From Nageia nagi (taxonomy: Eukaryota > Plantae > Pinophyta): 64,000 bases of DNA. The stretch's first letter is position 1; each line of letters begins with the position of its first letter. A program made the translations under genes and the position numbers. The notes beneath the pieces were generated by a model, which saw nothing but the letters and a program-made list of their open reading frames with translations, did no database searches and was not told the DNA's origin. The DNA lies in the NCBI GenBank assembly GCA_050084985.1, contig JBITNC010000002.1, positions 32,054,001 to 32,118,000 of the forward strand, given 5' to 3'. This document shows positions 11,640 to 25,482 of the stretch, piece by piece.

Positions 11640-13850
11640 TGGATGCTTTGAGGGACTTGCTTTTGCATGTACCCAAAATGGTGTGCCCTTGGTAGAAGGA
11701 GCATTCTCAAGCACTTAGTCATTTTTGGAGAAATTGGTAAGTTGGCTGAGTGCATAGTTTTGGGGACATGCTTTTGCATGTATCCAAATCCGTGCGCCCT
11801 CCTTTAGATGTGAAAGTTTGGCTGTGTAGGATTTTGGATGTTCACTATGAAGGAGATAGGTGTGTCCACATGCATTGGATCTTCACTCACATCAGTCGGT
11901 TTGTTTGATCAAATTCGGAGCATTGTGTGGTGCTAAGTCCAGAAAGCACATCCCTCAAATAGTGCGCCCTATTCTGGACAATGATTTTCAAGGTCATTTT
12001 CAGTAAATATTAATTTGTTGCATTGGAGAGTGTGCCATGCGATTGTGCACATGGTTTTTGGAGCATGCTTAGGCACTCACCCTAATCGGTGCGCCATCTT
12101 CTAGATGTTCTGGCCCAGGAGCATTTTTTGTGAGTAAGTATAAAATTTGGTGAAGGGGTAGGTGCATGTTTTCTGGTACATGCTTTTTCACTCTTCCAAA
12201 AGGGTGCGCCCAAAATCCAGGAGCATTTTTCAAGTTAAGTATTTTGAGGTGTGTGCTTTGTTAGGCGCAAAGATTTTGGGACATGCTTTTGCACCCCTCC
12301 AGAAGGGGGCGACCAAGTTGCAAGGGTTTTCAAGTATCATGAAATTTGACTAAGTCCTTTTTATGCATTAAAGTTGGTAGATGCATGCATTCCGGAACAT
12401 GCTTTTGCACGTACTCTAAAATGTGTGCCCACCATCCTGGCTTCATCATTTGACCTCATTTTGAGCCAACTAAGAGGTGACATATGGCATGTTTGAAGGT
12501 TATATATATGAAGTTACCCCTTGTATCATTTTACCACTTCATTTCATTTTGGGCTAAGGTTCCTAGTCGCACCATTTCAGGAACATGCTTAAGGATTCAT
12601 CTAAATCGATGCACTTAGGAGAAATAAGCGTTTGAGAATGTGTTTGTGATGCTAGAAGCCATTTTTAAAAGGGTGAGCTGGATCCCAAGGTCCATTTTTT
12701 GTAATTCACTTTGCATTTTTCTATCAAGGCTTGCCCTAAGTTGACCTATGCATATGTTTTCTCACAAGTACTTCAAGGACTCATCCAAAACGGTACGCCC
12801 AATTCCAAATCCAAGAATTTGGCTAAGTATACATGGTTATCAGGTGTATTTGATTCCCTTTTTAGTTGTGCATGAAAATTTGAGGCGCATGCTTTTTGGA
12901 ACATGAAAAAGCATGTGCCTATATCTGTGCACCTTAGCATGAAGTGGTGATCTGGCCTCTCAAGTGGAAAATTGTTGCCCAAAGATTGACTAAGTGATGT
13001 GTACGCCCATTAGGAGACTAGTCGCTTGCTCTTCAGGTAGTGGAAAAGCACGTACCCAAATCCATGCGACCTAGGGATTGTTAGCCGAAATTATCTAAGT
13101 ATCGGAGAAGCCGGTAGACACATGCATTCCGGAACATGCTTTTGCACGTACTCTAAAACATGTGCCCACCATCCTGGCTCCATCATTTGACCTCATTTTG
13201 AGCCAACTAAGAGGTGACATATGGCATGTTTGAAGTTTATATATATGAAGTCACCCCTTGTATCATTTTACAACTTCATTTCATTTTGGGCTAAGATTCC
13301 TAGTTGCACCATTTAGGAACATGCTTAAGGACTCATCTAAATCGATGCGCCTAGGAGAAATAAGGGTTTGAGAAGATGTCTGTGCTGTGAGAAGCCATTT
13401 TTAAAAGGGTGAGCTGGATCCCAGGGTCCATTTTCTGTAATTCACTTTGCATTTTTCTATCAAGGCTTGCCCTAAGTTGACCTATGCGCATGTTTTCTCA
13501 TAAGTACTTCAAGAGCTCATCCAAAACAGTACACCCAAGTCCAAATCCAAGAATTTGGCTAAGTATACATGATTATTAGGTGCATTTCATTCCCTTTTCA
13601 GTTGTGCATGAAAATTTGAGGCACATGCTTTGTGGAACATGAAAAAGCATGTGCCTATATCCGTGCGCCTTAGCATGAAGTGGTTATCTGGCCTCTCAAG
13701 TGGAAAATTGTTGCCTAAAGATTGACTAAGTGATGTGTATGCCCATCAGGACACCAGTCGCATGTTTTTCAGGTAGTGGAAAGGCACGTACCCAACTCCA
13801 TGCAACCTAGGGACTGTTAGCCGAAATTGTCTAAGTATTGAAGAAGCCAA
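11640..13850. repeat. Array of ~50-bp imperfect palindromes, consensus about GGCGCATGTTTTGGAACATGC-TTTT-GCACGTACCCAAAACNGTGCGCCC, with variable spacers
   Basis: Units recur roughly every 100-190 bp, e.g. near 11651, 11762, 12061, 12162, 12265, 12381, 12567, 12884, 13021, 13120, 13620 and 13757. Confidence 0.85.
12376..13847 (+). repeat. Direct tandem duplication, period ~737 bp (12376-13112 / 13113-13847)
   Basis: ggtaga..catgcattccggaacatgcttttgcacgtactctaaaa starts at both 12376 and 13113, and the two halves align throughout. Confidence 0.93.
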
Positions 13851-14086
13851 GAGTTGGAAGACTAAGAAGACAAGTGGCACTTATTTAAGGTGCCATGCAT
13901 AAACCCTTCATGTAGCTTCTATAAGTAGGCAGTCTGAATTCATTTCTATAGGATATTTGTGCAGCTTGGACTTGTTGACCATTTTTTCTGCACACATCCA
14001 ATTTGGTGCTTGACCATTCTTGGGGCATTTTTGACCAAAATTCCAGTTTTTTTATGTAGTCTTCTGCACATTTTTCATATTTGAAG

Positions 14087-17000
14087 ATGAATTCTAAGGT
14101 GAGACCTCCCCCATCCAAGACTAGGAAGATTTAGGAGCAGCTTTTTGAAAGACATGTCGCAAATGACTAGATGGAGAGAATTTTGAGGGAAAGTCAGATA
14201 GAGTTGCAAGAGAGAAAAACTAGAGCTCTTTGAAGCCAAATTCAAGGGGAGATTCACCTTCGTTGGTGATATAGATTGGGAAAATGTTGAACCCATCTAG
14301 ACTATAGCATCCACTGCCTCCATCAGCAAGGAGGATATGTCAGATGAAATCATTCATTTGTGTGGGCTATTTAATGCCACTATGATGCCTTTTGTTGTTT
14401 CATTTCCTAAGTTGTGTTATTAAGTTTTTAAACGTTGCAAATATGATAGAAGGATTCTCTTGGACATCGAAGGGAACGTGATCATGGACTTCTCTTTGGA
14501 AGGGATCGAAGCCGCTTTTGGTTGGAGAAGATACAAAGATGATTATACATTGGCCAATTCAGAAGAATTTCGTGATTCCACTGTACGGCTTGGGGATTAT
14601 ATCAGAAGATGGTTGTGTGAAGACTACCAGGGCATCCAGGGCCAAAGATTGATTAGTGCTCTTAGGGAGGAATTCCTTCCCATGGTCGCTAAGATGATCA
14701 CTTTGTTTTCTAGATTCACAGGTTAGGAAAATGACTCCATGTATAGGAAATAGTTCACAGGGTTTATTGCCGTGATCAGCTTAGGGAGAGCTATTCGATG
14801 GAGCAGGGTAATCAATGATGTTGCGCCACCAGCTGGCTTACTTTGGCTCTTCTAGGAGATTCTGGAACTCTTATCTTGTATATCTATTGTTGCATGGCAA
14901 GCTTAGATCAAGGGAGCTTGTAGACGAAAGATATTTGGACCAGAAAGTCATCCCGATGTGGCAAATCTATCCGAAGTGGTAGTATCATAATAAATTCAAG
15001 CATTTATATGAGAGAAACTATCAGTGGGAGTACGCCATTTACAAAGAAATCAAGGGAGAATCAATAGTCAAGAGGATCTGTGATGTTGCTATTCAAGCCA
15101 CCAGTGTACACACAAACTTCTACTTGTGGTATGTTGATCATACTTACATCAGGGTCTACGGCTTTGAAGAACAACCCCTGCTTCTACGTAGATATGCCAG
15201 TGATAGAATGATTTTCATGGAATTTGCTAGACAATTATTGTTTTTGAAGGAATGAGTGTGGAGAAAGAAGGATGCAACCATTAACTTGCCCATCTCAATC
15301 GTTATGTTTGCCAAACTTGGGTTGAGGCTAATAATATGGAGCTGCAACAATACGTCTTCATCAAGGAGATGGCAACTCGAAATTATGATCCTAAGGGTGT
15401 TATCGCTCATTTCTATAATACCGCATTCCAAAAACTTGTTGTTTACAAGCATAAATCTTTGGGGAATGGGGAAAAGTACAAAAATGTGCGAGATGAGGAG
15501 GAGATAGCAAGGATGAATGCTCTTTTGAGTAGAAATAAGGCTCCCCTTCAGGTAGAAAAGGCACCTCAAAGACCTAGAACTGTGAAAGCAAGACCTAAAG
15601 AGTTCCATTAAAGATCAAAACGTCCCCTCTTTCTACAAGCGTTGCACCTTCGCAAGCCAAGACATCCTTACTTCCCATTGGGAAAAGACAAGAAGCACCA
15701 AGAGAGCATGCCTCAGCAGTGTGGTGACTGATGTATTGAAGAAAAGCTAACAAGTGGTGGTTGATCTTAGAGACGTTGGTTACCACAATATCCCCTTGAG
15801 CATGCTGGAGGAAGCTTGTGCCAATGATTCCCCTATCGAAGAAACTCCATCGAGACCCACTCGTCCTCCTGAATGTGGAGAGAAAGTTCCCCCATTGTAA
15901 CCAAGTTCTAGTTCTAAACACTCCACTTCTTCTTTTGATGAAGAAAGTGATGAAGAACCTGGTTGTACTAAAGAAGGCTCGGAAGAAGAGACAGAAAGCC
16001 AACAAAATGATGCAGAAAGCCATGGTCAAGAAGAAGAAGATGATGATGATGCTGCTGACGAAGAGTACCCCGGACAAGATAATGTAGTTGTAGGTGCTTC
16101 CGCACCTGATAATACAAAGATTGAAACTCTTTTGGACAATGATGATGACCTGTACATAGACGTTGGGACTTATGATGAAGTTATCCATATTGTTGGAGTG
16201 AAGTATGCCAAAGAGGCGGGTTCTTCCCCTCTCTTGCTGAACATAGAAAGAGGTCACCCTCGTGTTCTCAGAAGCCTTTTGTGAAGAGGACTAGCCATTA
16301 GAGATCCTCTCAACCACGAAAGAAAGGTATATCAATAGGTGGTGAGGGCGGAGATGAAGAAGATGAAGGAGAGATTGAGGAGTAGAAAAAGAAGAGGAAG
16401 CATAACTAACATTAGGGTAAGGAGGTTGCCCTTGTTTAAACCACTCACCAACCAAAGAAGTCAAGAAGATCAACAAAAGTCGAGTGCTGGTGCAGAGGCT
16501 CCCTCCCAAACTAGCAACCGAACATCCAGATCTTGACTTAGATGCTTGCCTAAGAGCCTTAAGCATGAGCATAGCTCATGATGAAGAGATTGATCAGGAC
16601 TTGAGGTCCGAGGATGAAGAAGAGGAGCTCTTTGATGGTGACAAGGAGATCTCCATTAGCCACTATTACTCCAAGGAGAAACATCACCAAAGACCCGAGG
16701 ACTTCATGATAGAGACCTTCAATATGCTTGTTAAGTTAGGTTTGACAGCCAGGAAGCACATTGTTACTCAGAATACTGCTGTCATGGAACAAGAAGGCTT
16801 ATGAAGCCAAGAAGGAGGTGAGAAGACTTAAGAAGGAACTCATGGCTAGCAGGAAAATCGTCAAGGAGTTTCAAACTATTAGCACCATCCTCGTAGAGTT
16901 GAAGAAGCAAACCTCATTCCATGCAGGTTGGGAGTTGATGAAGGATCAATTGAAAAAGGAGAGGATGGATACCATTGAAAAGCTATCTTCCCAAGTATAT

Positions 17001-18710
17001 AGCCTCCTTGAGGAAGGTGTTGCGTTCCAGGAGCTGAAGTCCCAAATATGTGATGATCCAAATTTAATCTCAAGCACAAACTAGCAATACTGGACCATCA
17101 AACCCTGACGTCAGGTTTAGGGCATCCACAACACACCATCAAACCCTCATACATGCAACGTTAGGGTTAGGGCAATCGAATTAAACATTTAGATACCCAA
17201 AGTGCCAACACCTAAGTATAACATGCAAGATCCAACCATTAAAACCCTAGTATGCCAACGTCTAACATTTACAAGCATATAGCAATGAACATCATAACAT
17301 AATACCAACGTATGGCTCATACAAGTACAATAAGCATAATCAACCCAATGCATACACAAGTATGGAATATACAATACACAATGAGATCCAAAGCCCTTTG
17401 GCTGTATACGAATGATAAACAATGGATGCAATACAATACCAATGCCCAATGGGCAGTCGTTGGCCTCAAGGGAGCCAACTAGGACACAATGCTCTGAAAT
17501 CCTCAACATTGAACAATTGCCGAACCATGGGATAGAATTACTCCCTCAGATCTCGAATCCTCTCCACTGAAGGAGCCCTCCTCGAAACTTGGTGAACCAT
17601 TGAAGGTAGAAGTAAATCCTCATACTGCCACCGGATGGGCAAGGTGCTCCACCTATGCCATAGATAATCAGGATCCCATTGCCTGACTACCCTTTAACGC
17701 TCTGCCTAAGAATGGATTGCTTAGAGCCATTAGAACTTGTGCTTGAAGGTCTGTAGTAAGTGTAATAATAATCAATAACTGTCCAATACTCAAGCTTCAA
17801 TGTTTATTTATACATTGCTCGTGTACGGAGCTCACCTAGGAGTCATCCCAGGCCCATCTAATCCAACATTGGGTATTTGGGGGGCCCAATCACTTAAAGT
17901 GCCAATGTGAGGGTCATGACCACTTAAAGTGCCATCGTGGGGTCCCTAGCACTTAGAATGCCAACGTGGGGGTCCTGGAGTACTCAAGAGAGAATGTGGG
18001 GGTATGGGGCCGTCCTCGGTGTGGCGTTAGCATGCTGGTAGCCATCCAATTCACAAATGCATCAACATGCCTTGTGATTCCCACAATCCGGAATCTCTAA
18101 TGCCAAACATGCCTAATCTACTACTCAGGAGGTAGATATCCCACTCGGGGCTCACAATGGGGTCCACATGACCCATTAAACTCCTATCTTGAGTTACAAC
18201 AATGCAAATGCAAGTACATAAAATAGATATAGTACAAGGTGACCAAACTGGTCCCACTAAAAGTACAAGGGGGGCGTCACAAAATAACAACCCTCCTCGA
18301 AAAGCTGGAGGGTCATCTCCCAATTGTCATGCACTTGCAATAGATATTCACTTACAGACTTGAAAAATTAGTCTATTGCCACAAATTCATGTATCAACAC
18401 AACTGGCTGAAGCATGCATTGGAAAAGTGTAATGCCATTTTGAAAGTCAGGATCCCTTTGAGAAAGGAGGTAGAAGAGCAGATGAGCAAGTACATATACC
18501 AACTCAAATTTCAAGGGGAGGATAACAGTGTGCGCAGGAAAGAAGCGGTGTTGGCAGAGGCTCAATATCTAATCCAGTAGCATCTTGAGGTCGAGGATCT
18601 CAACTTATTGAAGGCAAGGCATCCCATTCATCATGAGAGGTAGATGGTCATTTGGAAATTCTAGATGTAGACTACATCCGGGCAAATTGGAGACTACTTC
18701 AGGTAGAATG
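14087..18710 (+). pseudogene. Decayed ~1,100-codon TE accessory ORF of unknown function (family G), split by a solo LTR
   Basis: Fragments MDIEGNVIMDFSLEGIEAAF, IRWSRVIND, YIRVYGFEEQPLLLRRYASDRMIFMEF, WRKKDATINLPI, RNYDPKG, then an acidic region and a charged helical C-terminus. The reading ELKSQI|TTLLEKLEGHLPI resumes across the LTR insertion. Confidence 0.8.
17049..18281 (-). mobile_element. Solo LTR, family F copy 2, with perfect 5-bp TSD AAATA
   Basis: tgtgatgatcc...ggggcgtcaca; aaata at 17044-17048 and 18282-18286. Confidence 0.95.
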
Positions 18711-20534
18711 GTAGCATGGTTGGCATGGTTTCCAATGGAGTATGGAAGTTCGTAGCATTCTTGGAAGAGACCATTGAGTCGAACGGTCTCAACAACAAGG
18801 AGTGGAATTCCATCGGTACTGGATCAGATTTGGCCTAGATTTGATCCACTCGCAGAGTGTGTTCGCAATTATCCTTTCCATTGATTAATGCATATTGGCA
18901 GTTGTTGTTGCTATGTTTAGACTTTATTTATTTGATTTGATTGGTGTAGGGATGAGGTTTTGCTCTTGCCGGTTCAAATGTCAGACTTTTCTTGCATATT
19001 TGATTTCTTTTGCATAGATTAGAGGTTGATTAATTGCATTACGGTTGTGGCATTTATATTTTATCAACTTTTAAATTCCATTTGCATCCTTTTTTATGAA
19101 CAATTAGATTTTGTATTGGTATGTGTATTGCGTGTGCACACCATATCAGATTTGATGCCTCTAGGGCAACACTTCTAGTGGCCTATTTATACCCCACTTG
19201 GGCCATTTTAGAAGGGGATTTTTGCATAATGCTGATCGCATAAGACTGTTGCATCTGCTAAAATTGAGGATTTTTGCATGTGGTTGTATAAGGATTTGCT
19301 GCATAAGGGATTCTTTGCATATCATGGATGCATATTGCCGCATCTCTGTTTCATGTTGACTATCATATTGAGATCATTGCAATCAAGAAAAGAATGCTTC
19401 TGTTCGTGCTATGGAATATCATTGTGAGTTTATTTCTTTTTGGAATGATTCTATAAAGTAAATGCTGTGAATATTATCATTTGTGGGATCATGCATCTTA
19501 TCCTATAAGATTTTCTTGTTGGTTTGAATGGTTTTTACTGTTTAAGTGCATTTTCTTTGAAAACTACGAGTTTTAGGAGAAGATAGTTGAATATCTTTCG
19601 AAGTGGTTTAAATTGTTCATTGTATGATTTGCACGTAAGTGGATGTATTCTGGGGCGTATAGCTTATCTCTATGTCATTCAGTTAAATTTATGTATTCAC
19701 ATGTTGGTCATTTCCCTTCACCCCATTCCATCGAGTCTTCCATCAAGACCCTATAGCTTCCTTCTCTTGTCTGGTAGTAACTTGAGCCTTTTGCTATTTG
19801 CTGCCCGACTTGATAAGTGAATACATTTTAAAAAAAAAAACTGGAGATGACTTGTTGAGACATTGCATCACTGGTGATATCTTCATAAGTCCATTATTCA
19901 TATTCCTATGCATTTATCCTTGCATTTGTTATCTTTCTTTGCTTTCATTCACATTTGTAGTCTTTCCTCTTTGTGGTTGCGAATCTCAACAGTGTATTTC
20001 CCTTGTATACGGTTAACAACATGCATCTCTACCCATTGTGCCCTAGTCCATATTCCATGTGAGCGTTTGGGATAACCAATTTTGTGCATGTTTTGGGTGA
20101 GAAAAGAAAAACATACCAATAGGACTTACCTTGGTGGATTTAAAGGTATTGGTAATACCTAATAACAAATCCCTTATGAATGAAGTTATGAACACACTCA
20201 TTGATGATTTTCTCAAAAATGGAACAGACAATAAAGATTTGGGTGCGTTCACTTATATCAAAGGCATCAATGATTTTCTCAAAATGTTGTCTGTTCCTTT
20301 TTGTCCATCTGCCTTAGCTTGTTCAGTTTAGTTCCATTAGAAAATCATCCACTCAATTAAATATACTATTTTTTGAAAATATACAAGCAAAAAACCAGAA
20401 CCATCTTCCATTTAAGACTTTTCCAAACTTTTCTTTTTAATATTGTCAGAAAATATCTAATAACTTTTCTAGCCCATCTCAGAGCTGAGCAATCTTTAAT
20501 AGTAAATAGGTACCTGCTGTTATAACTCAAAATT

Positions 20535-21570
20535 TGTAATATGCCAAACACAAAATACACCCAACACAGAATTTCTATGCAAAAAATAGATCTGAAATAT
20601 TTGTCTTTTTATTATTTTTTCTCTTACATGCAAACACTACTAAGATCACAGTAAATAGAAATGACAATTAAATAGCAGAAATCAATCTCCAAGCCCTAGC
20701 TAAGCTTTCAAACTCTGAAGATTATCACCAAATTATCCTCATGCATAAGATGTTTGGCTGATGTGGCTGACTTTGATGCTTTAAAACCCTTGATTTGGCC
20801 CTGTAGGGTTGACATCACATTGATATATGCAGATCTGACTCTCTTGAATGCAAATAACCCTCCTGTGAGGCAAACATCTAGCTGGCTGGGTCAGATTTGG
20901 CCTTTTCTACATGCAAATATACCTCCTAAAGGCAAATATCCCTCTCTTAGGGCTTCCTCAACACACTACAATGCCCAAAAACTCCTTATCTACCCTCCTC
21001 TTGGCTAGATCAGATTTCTTGGTTCTAATCTGGTTCACAATTATGCTCAGATCACAAATCTTGGATAGGTTTGTTAGATATAGACGGGTAGAGAGCTAGC
21101 TGACCTAGACTCCACTGGAGTAAATCCAATGGGAATCCCATAACTTTAGAGAGATACTTCCAGCTATCTCCAAGAGCCCAAGAATTCTTCAGAATTGTCC
21201 CAATTCAATTCTCCAATCAACAACAACCCAAAATGAGGTCTTTGATCTCTTTTATTCTCCTATCCTTATGCTAAGATAAATCTCAACCTTAGAATCATGA
21301 AGGGCTGAGATTAGATCTCACATACACAAGATCTAAGGGCTACGATATAATCTTGCGTTGAGATCACTTAGACATAATACAAAAATGTCATTCCACATAA
21401 CGGCATAAATTAATATCTTTTTCTAACCCAAAACTCACCCCAATTTATTTACCTTGACAACCCTCATTTTAATCTCAAAATATGACAAAATACCCTCAAT
21501 GACGCCCAACACACACAAAACACACCAATCATTTATATGTTTACAAATTGGCAAATTTAGGGACATTACA
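20535..21570 (-). repeat. 3' LTR of element A
   Basis: Aligns with 25519-26622; adjacent to the PPT (rc gcaaggggggact). Confidence 0.93.
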
Positions 21571-23545
21571 AGTCCCCCCTTGCACAATTGCTTGTCCCCA
21601 AGCAATTTATCAAAGCTGTAAAAATTTCAAGACCTTCCCATGAAGCATCATCAAGTGGTAAGCTCTTCCATTTCACCAAGTAATGATGAAACCCATGACC
21701 TTGTTGCTTGTACATGAAATCAAGAAGCAAAGTTGCGAATAAAATCTGAAACTGAATCATCATAGAGATCATCACACTGATCATTGTCCCAAATGGAAGA
21801 TATTGTCAAGAGCATTATGCCAACTGCCATCTCAATCAACAAGAGAGTTGTAGTTGATATTAAGTATCCAGCCTCAAGATCTATCCAAATCATTGTACAC
21901 AAGGTAGCCCTATCCTTCCAATAAAACACAGGAGTCATAATGAACATAAATCTGATACAAAATGGAGCCTCCATTGCCCCAAATACAATTAGAAGTCCAG
22001 CTAACTCCATCATTTCAGCTCCAACTATCATAAGAAAGTCAGATCTGTACATAGAAAATGCAGTGTCTCTTTTTCTGAGAGTCTCTTTCAAACAATGCAA
22101 AACCTCAATGTGAACGTTGTTAGCTTCTTGCAAATTGTCAACAAGAAGTAAAAAATAGGATATTGGGCTGTTCTCTTTCATTTGTTTTGGACGACCATCT
22201 GTAAACATGCAATTGTTAGCAAAACAAATATCGATGGATCATGATTTTTTAATGATAACAATGTCCAATAGCTGTAGATACTCCCTAATTGCTCCAAATT
22301 CTTGATTTCTTTTCTTTTCTAGGGCTGCCCATTGAAGAAACCCAACAATCGCTGCCCATCTTACACAAACAGGGCTGAAAAGAAGAAACAATTCAGTTAT
22401 TAAGAAATCAACACTAATGTTATGTAATGACATCAAGTCAAATTTCCCAAAACCAGTCATCCTTTGCTCAATAAATTCAACTTTCCTTTCTTCTCAAAAC
22501 AAGGTAGCTTTTCAGTTCCTTTTTTTTGCCATTTGCCTACATTTACCATGAAATGGCTCCCAAAAAACTCCATTAAGTTCTTATGTCTTTGCATTATATG
22601 ATCAATAAAATCAAATGTCAAAATGAGTGCAGGTCTTAACATTACCATTGTATTCCCCATTTGTTGTCAAAGGTACTGGTGAGGAAGTGTTTTGCCCTGT
22701 ACAGTCAAGGGAAAAATATTAAACACTTCATAAGGCTGCACATTACAATCTATGATTGTAGTGTACAGTATTGGGCTTCCCACAAGCACTCCAATACCCA
22801 CATTTATCATCATTTTCAAAATTTGTTTCTTTCCATCAAAACTATGTCCAGCTGATGTACTACTGTCAAAATACAAACCAAAAATCAGAATTGCTTCTGT
22901 ACGTTGTAGGGTTGTTTTCATGGTTGGTCCTACTTCCAAATTCTCTTCTTTAAGGCTGTCACTATCTTTTTTACTGATCTCTAGATTTTTGTGCAAACAA
23001 AATTCTGATTTGTCATGTCCCTCATAAGTCATCAAAACATAGTATTCCAACTGTTGAAACACCTCCAGAATCTGAAAACAACTTGTGCATTTCGTGATGC
23101 CATGCACAACTAAAGAGGAATAATCAAGTACTCCCCATAAAGATGGTATAAAATAGCCAAAGAAGGTTGCTCTTCTAAACCTAAAAACATCAAATCAAAT
23201 GCCCAAACTCACTATCCAAAGCTGCTGTCCCTTGTATAAGGAAAACAGAAACTGAGCTTCTTTTTCCCTCCTAAGGGTATACCATAGAATACTTTTATTC
23301 AAATTACAAATACCTGAAATAGATCTCACATCTTCACAAATCACATTGTTCTTATCCAATGAGAGTTGAATCATAGAATGGCAAGTAAAATGTGAATGAG
23401 GCATACCTTTCATCATATATATTCTAGCAGCCCGATTTATCTCTCAATCTAAAACAACACTTTCATCAGCTAGAGCCATTATGTGTTCTATTGTAGCAAA
23501 CCATGGAAATGTTGCAATTCTTTCCATACTGTTAGCTGAAATATT

Positions 23546-25482
23546 TTATGGAAGATGATCCTTGATTCCTTTCAAAGTGATGATTTTTCCATTGACCCTG
23601 AATTTCATTACCAATGTTTTGTAATTTGTGTATATACCTCCCAAAAAATGCAGCCATTGTAGTCCAAGAATAGCTTGAGGCACACCGCCCAGGGGATAAA
23701 CATAAAAGTCATCAACAACAAAATAGTTTCCAAAACTGATTTCCAGTTGCTTCACCACATAATCACACCTAGAAATTTCCCCATTTCCATTCCTTACTCC
23801 AAAACCAGAAAATTATTCTGAATTCAATTTCTTTTTTGCTACAAAATTTTCATCAATAAAAGTATGTGTAGCCCCCATCAATTAGCCCTACAACTAATTT
23901 ACTAAATGATCACCAAGCTTCTCTTTGCACCTTAATAGTCATGAATTGAGATTCACCAATTATAGTAGCTAAGACTCCATCTTCATTATCTAACTTAGGG
24001 GTGGTTGCTCATCTTTTTCTAACTCATTAAATTTAGCGTCCTCATAATCAGTTTCAGATTCAGTCTTTTCTATTTCTGGTTCCTTTTAATCATCATTAGG
24101 CACTAAAATTCAACTAAATAATTCTGCCCCTTACCTTGACATTGATGACCGTGTCCCCATGGTTTTTTACATGAGAAACATAAACCCTTTCGTTCTACTT
24201 CTTTTCTGGTTGCTTCATCTAGCTTCTGTCTTTGCTGATTTTGTATTTTGGGGTTGAAAACCTTTCTTTTAGGTCTGATCCGCTTTATGCCATCGCTGTC
24301 CACTTGTTTGTGAGGGTCTAGAATCTCCAAATTTATACTGCTGTCCAAATTTTTTACTGCTGCTACCTGTTGAAGTTTCAAGATCTAGGGTTGTAGAAAC
24401 TGCTTCTTCAAGGGTTTTTGGCTTAAGGGCTTTGGCTTAACCCCTTATTGGTTCTAATAAGCCTTTCAAAAATAAGTGCACCAACCTATCCCCTGAAATA
24501 TCAGTTACCATAACTGAAACCTGTTGAAATTCCTCCACATAACCAGCCATTGTATTATTTTGAGAAATGGCGGTTAGATCACTGAAATAATCATTTTCAC
24601 TATGCCTTTCAAACTTGTCCAAAAACTTGTTGGCAAATTCATCAAAGGAAACAATATCACCATGATTCTTGGTGACTAATCCATGATGCCACCATTGGTG
24701 AGCAACTCCCTCAAGATATAGGGCTGCATATTGCATTGCTTTAGGTTCTTTCTTAGGGTGTCTTAGAGAAAAATAGCTTTGTGGCTTTTGTAACCAGCCC
24801 CTAGGTGTAATCTTATCACTACCATCAAAATATCGAAGTGATAGTTTTCCTAATTTGTATTGCAAATCTCCCCCTTTATCACCATCCTTGATATTTTTCT
24901 TAGCATGTATCTTCTTGTACCCATCAGACCCTATTCTTTCTTGGAACTCTTCTGGCATTCTTAAAAATCTTTCCCATAGTGTCCTTTTCTCCATGTCAAC
25001 CAACTCTGGATTCTCTTCTTCTTCTTCTTCTGTTTGCTGATTTGCAAACATGGGTGTGGAGGTTTCCAAAGCTTGGATGCTTTAGACGTGGTTCCCCTTG
25101 AATTATGATTTCCATGAGTGTTCCCAACACCCCCATAAGCTGAACTTTCTCCCACATCAATACCTTGAGTATTATATCTGTAAAACTGATTTTGGTTTTG
25201 ATTTCCTTGAAGTTGTGACCCTCTAAGACTTGTAGCAAGTTCTTGGATAGATTTTTGTATGGCCTCTCCTGTTTCACATTGACCCCGTTCCATTCGATTC
25301 ATCATATTCAACATGGTATTTTGCATTTGCTGCATGGAATCTTTATTTTTCATTAGGGTTTCATGAGTTTGCATCATAGATGCCAAAGCTTCTTCAAGAT
25401 TGGGCCTCCTTTCCTTGATGTTAGACATGTCTCCATAAACTTTACTTTTTCCCCTTGTGTTATATGGATGGACCATCAACAA
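23546..25482 (-). pseudogene. Frameshifted gypsy gag-protease of element A
   Basis: ORFs 24961-25482, 24437-25069 (retrotransposon gag), 24103-24381 (zinc knuckle) and 23546-23758 (protease C-half DFYVYPLGGVPQAILGLQWL). Confidence 0.9.

Larger units (their letters stand above)
11505..20040 (+). mobile_element. Family G element copy 1: palindrome array, large accessory ORF and LTR-like tail, no gag-pol (boundaries approximate)
   Basis: The ORF is homologous to those at 36528-37586 and 60655-64000. The tail at 19548-19710 aligns with the reverse complement of 59850-60010 (gcattttctttgaaaa..gagtttta). No TSD was found. Confidence 0.7.

Noticed and set aside
11640-13850. CRISPR array (palindromic repeats with spacers)
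   Set aside because: The repeats are degenerate and irregularly spaced, the spacers are themselves duplicated, there are no cas genes, and the context is a eukaryotic intron.
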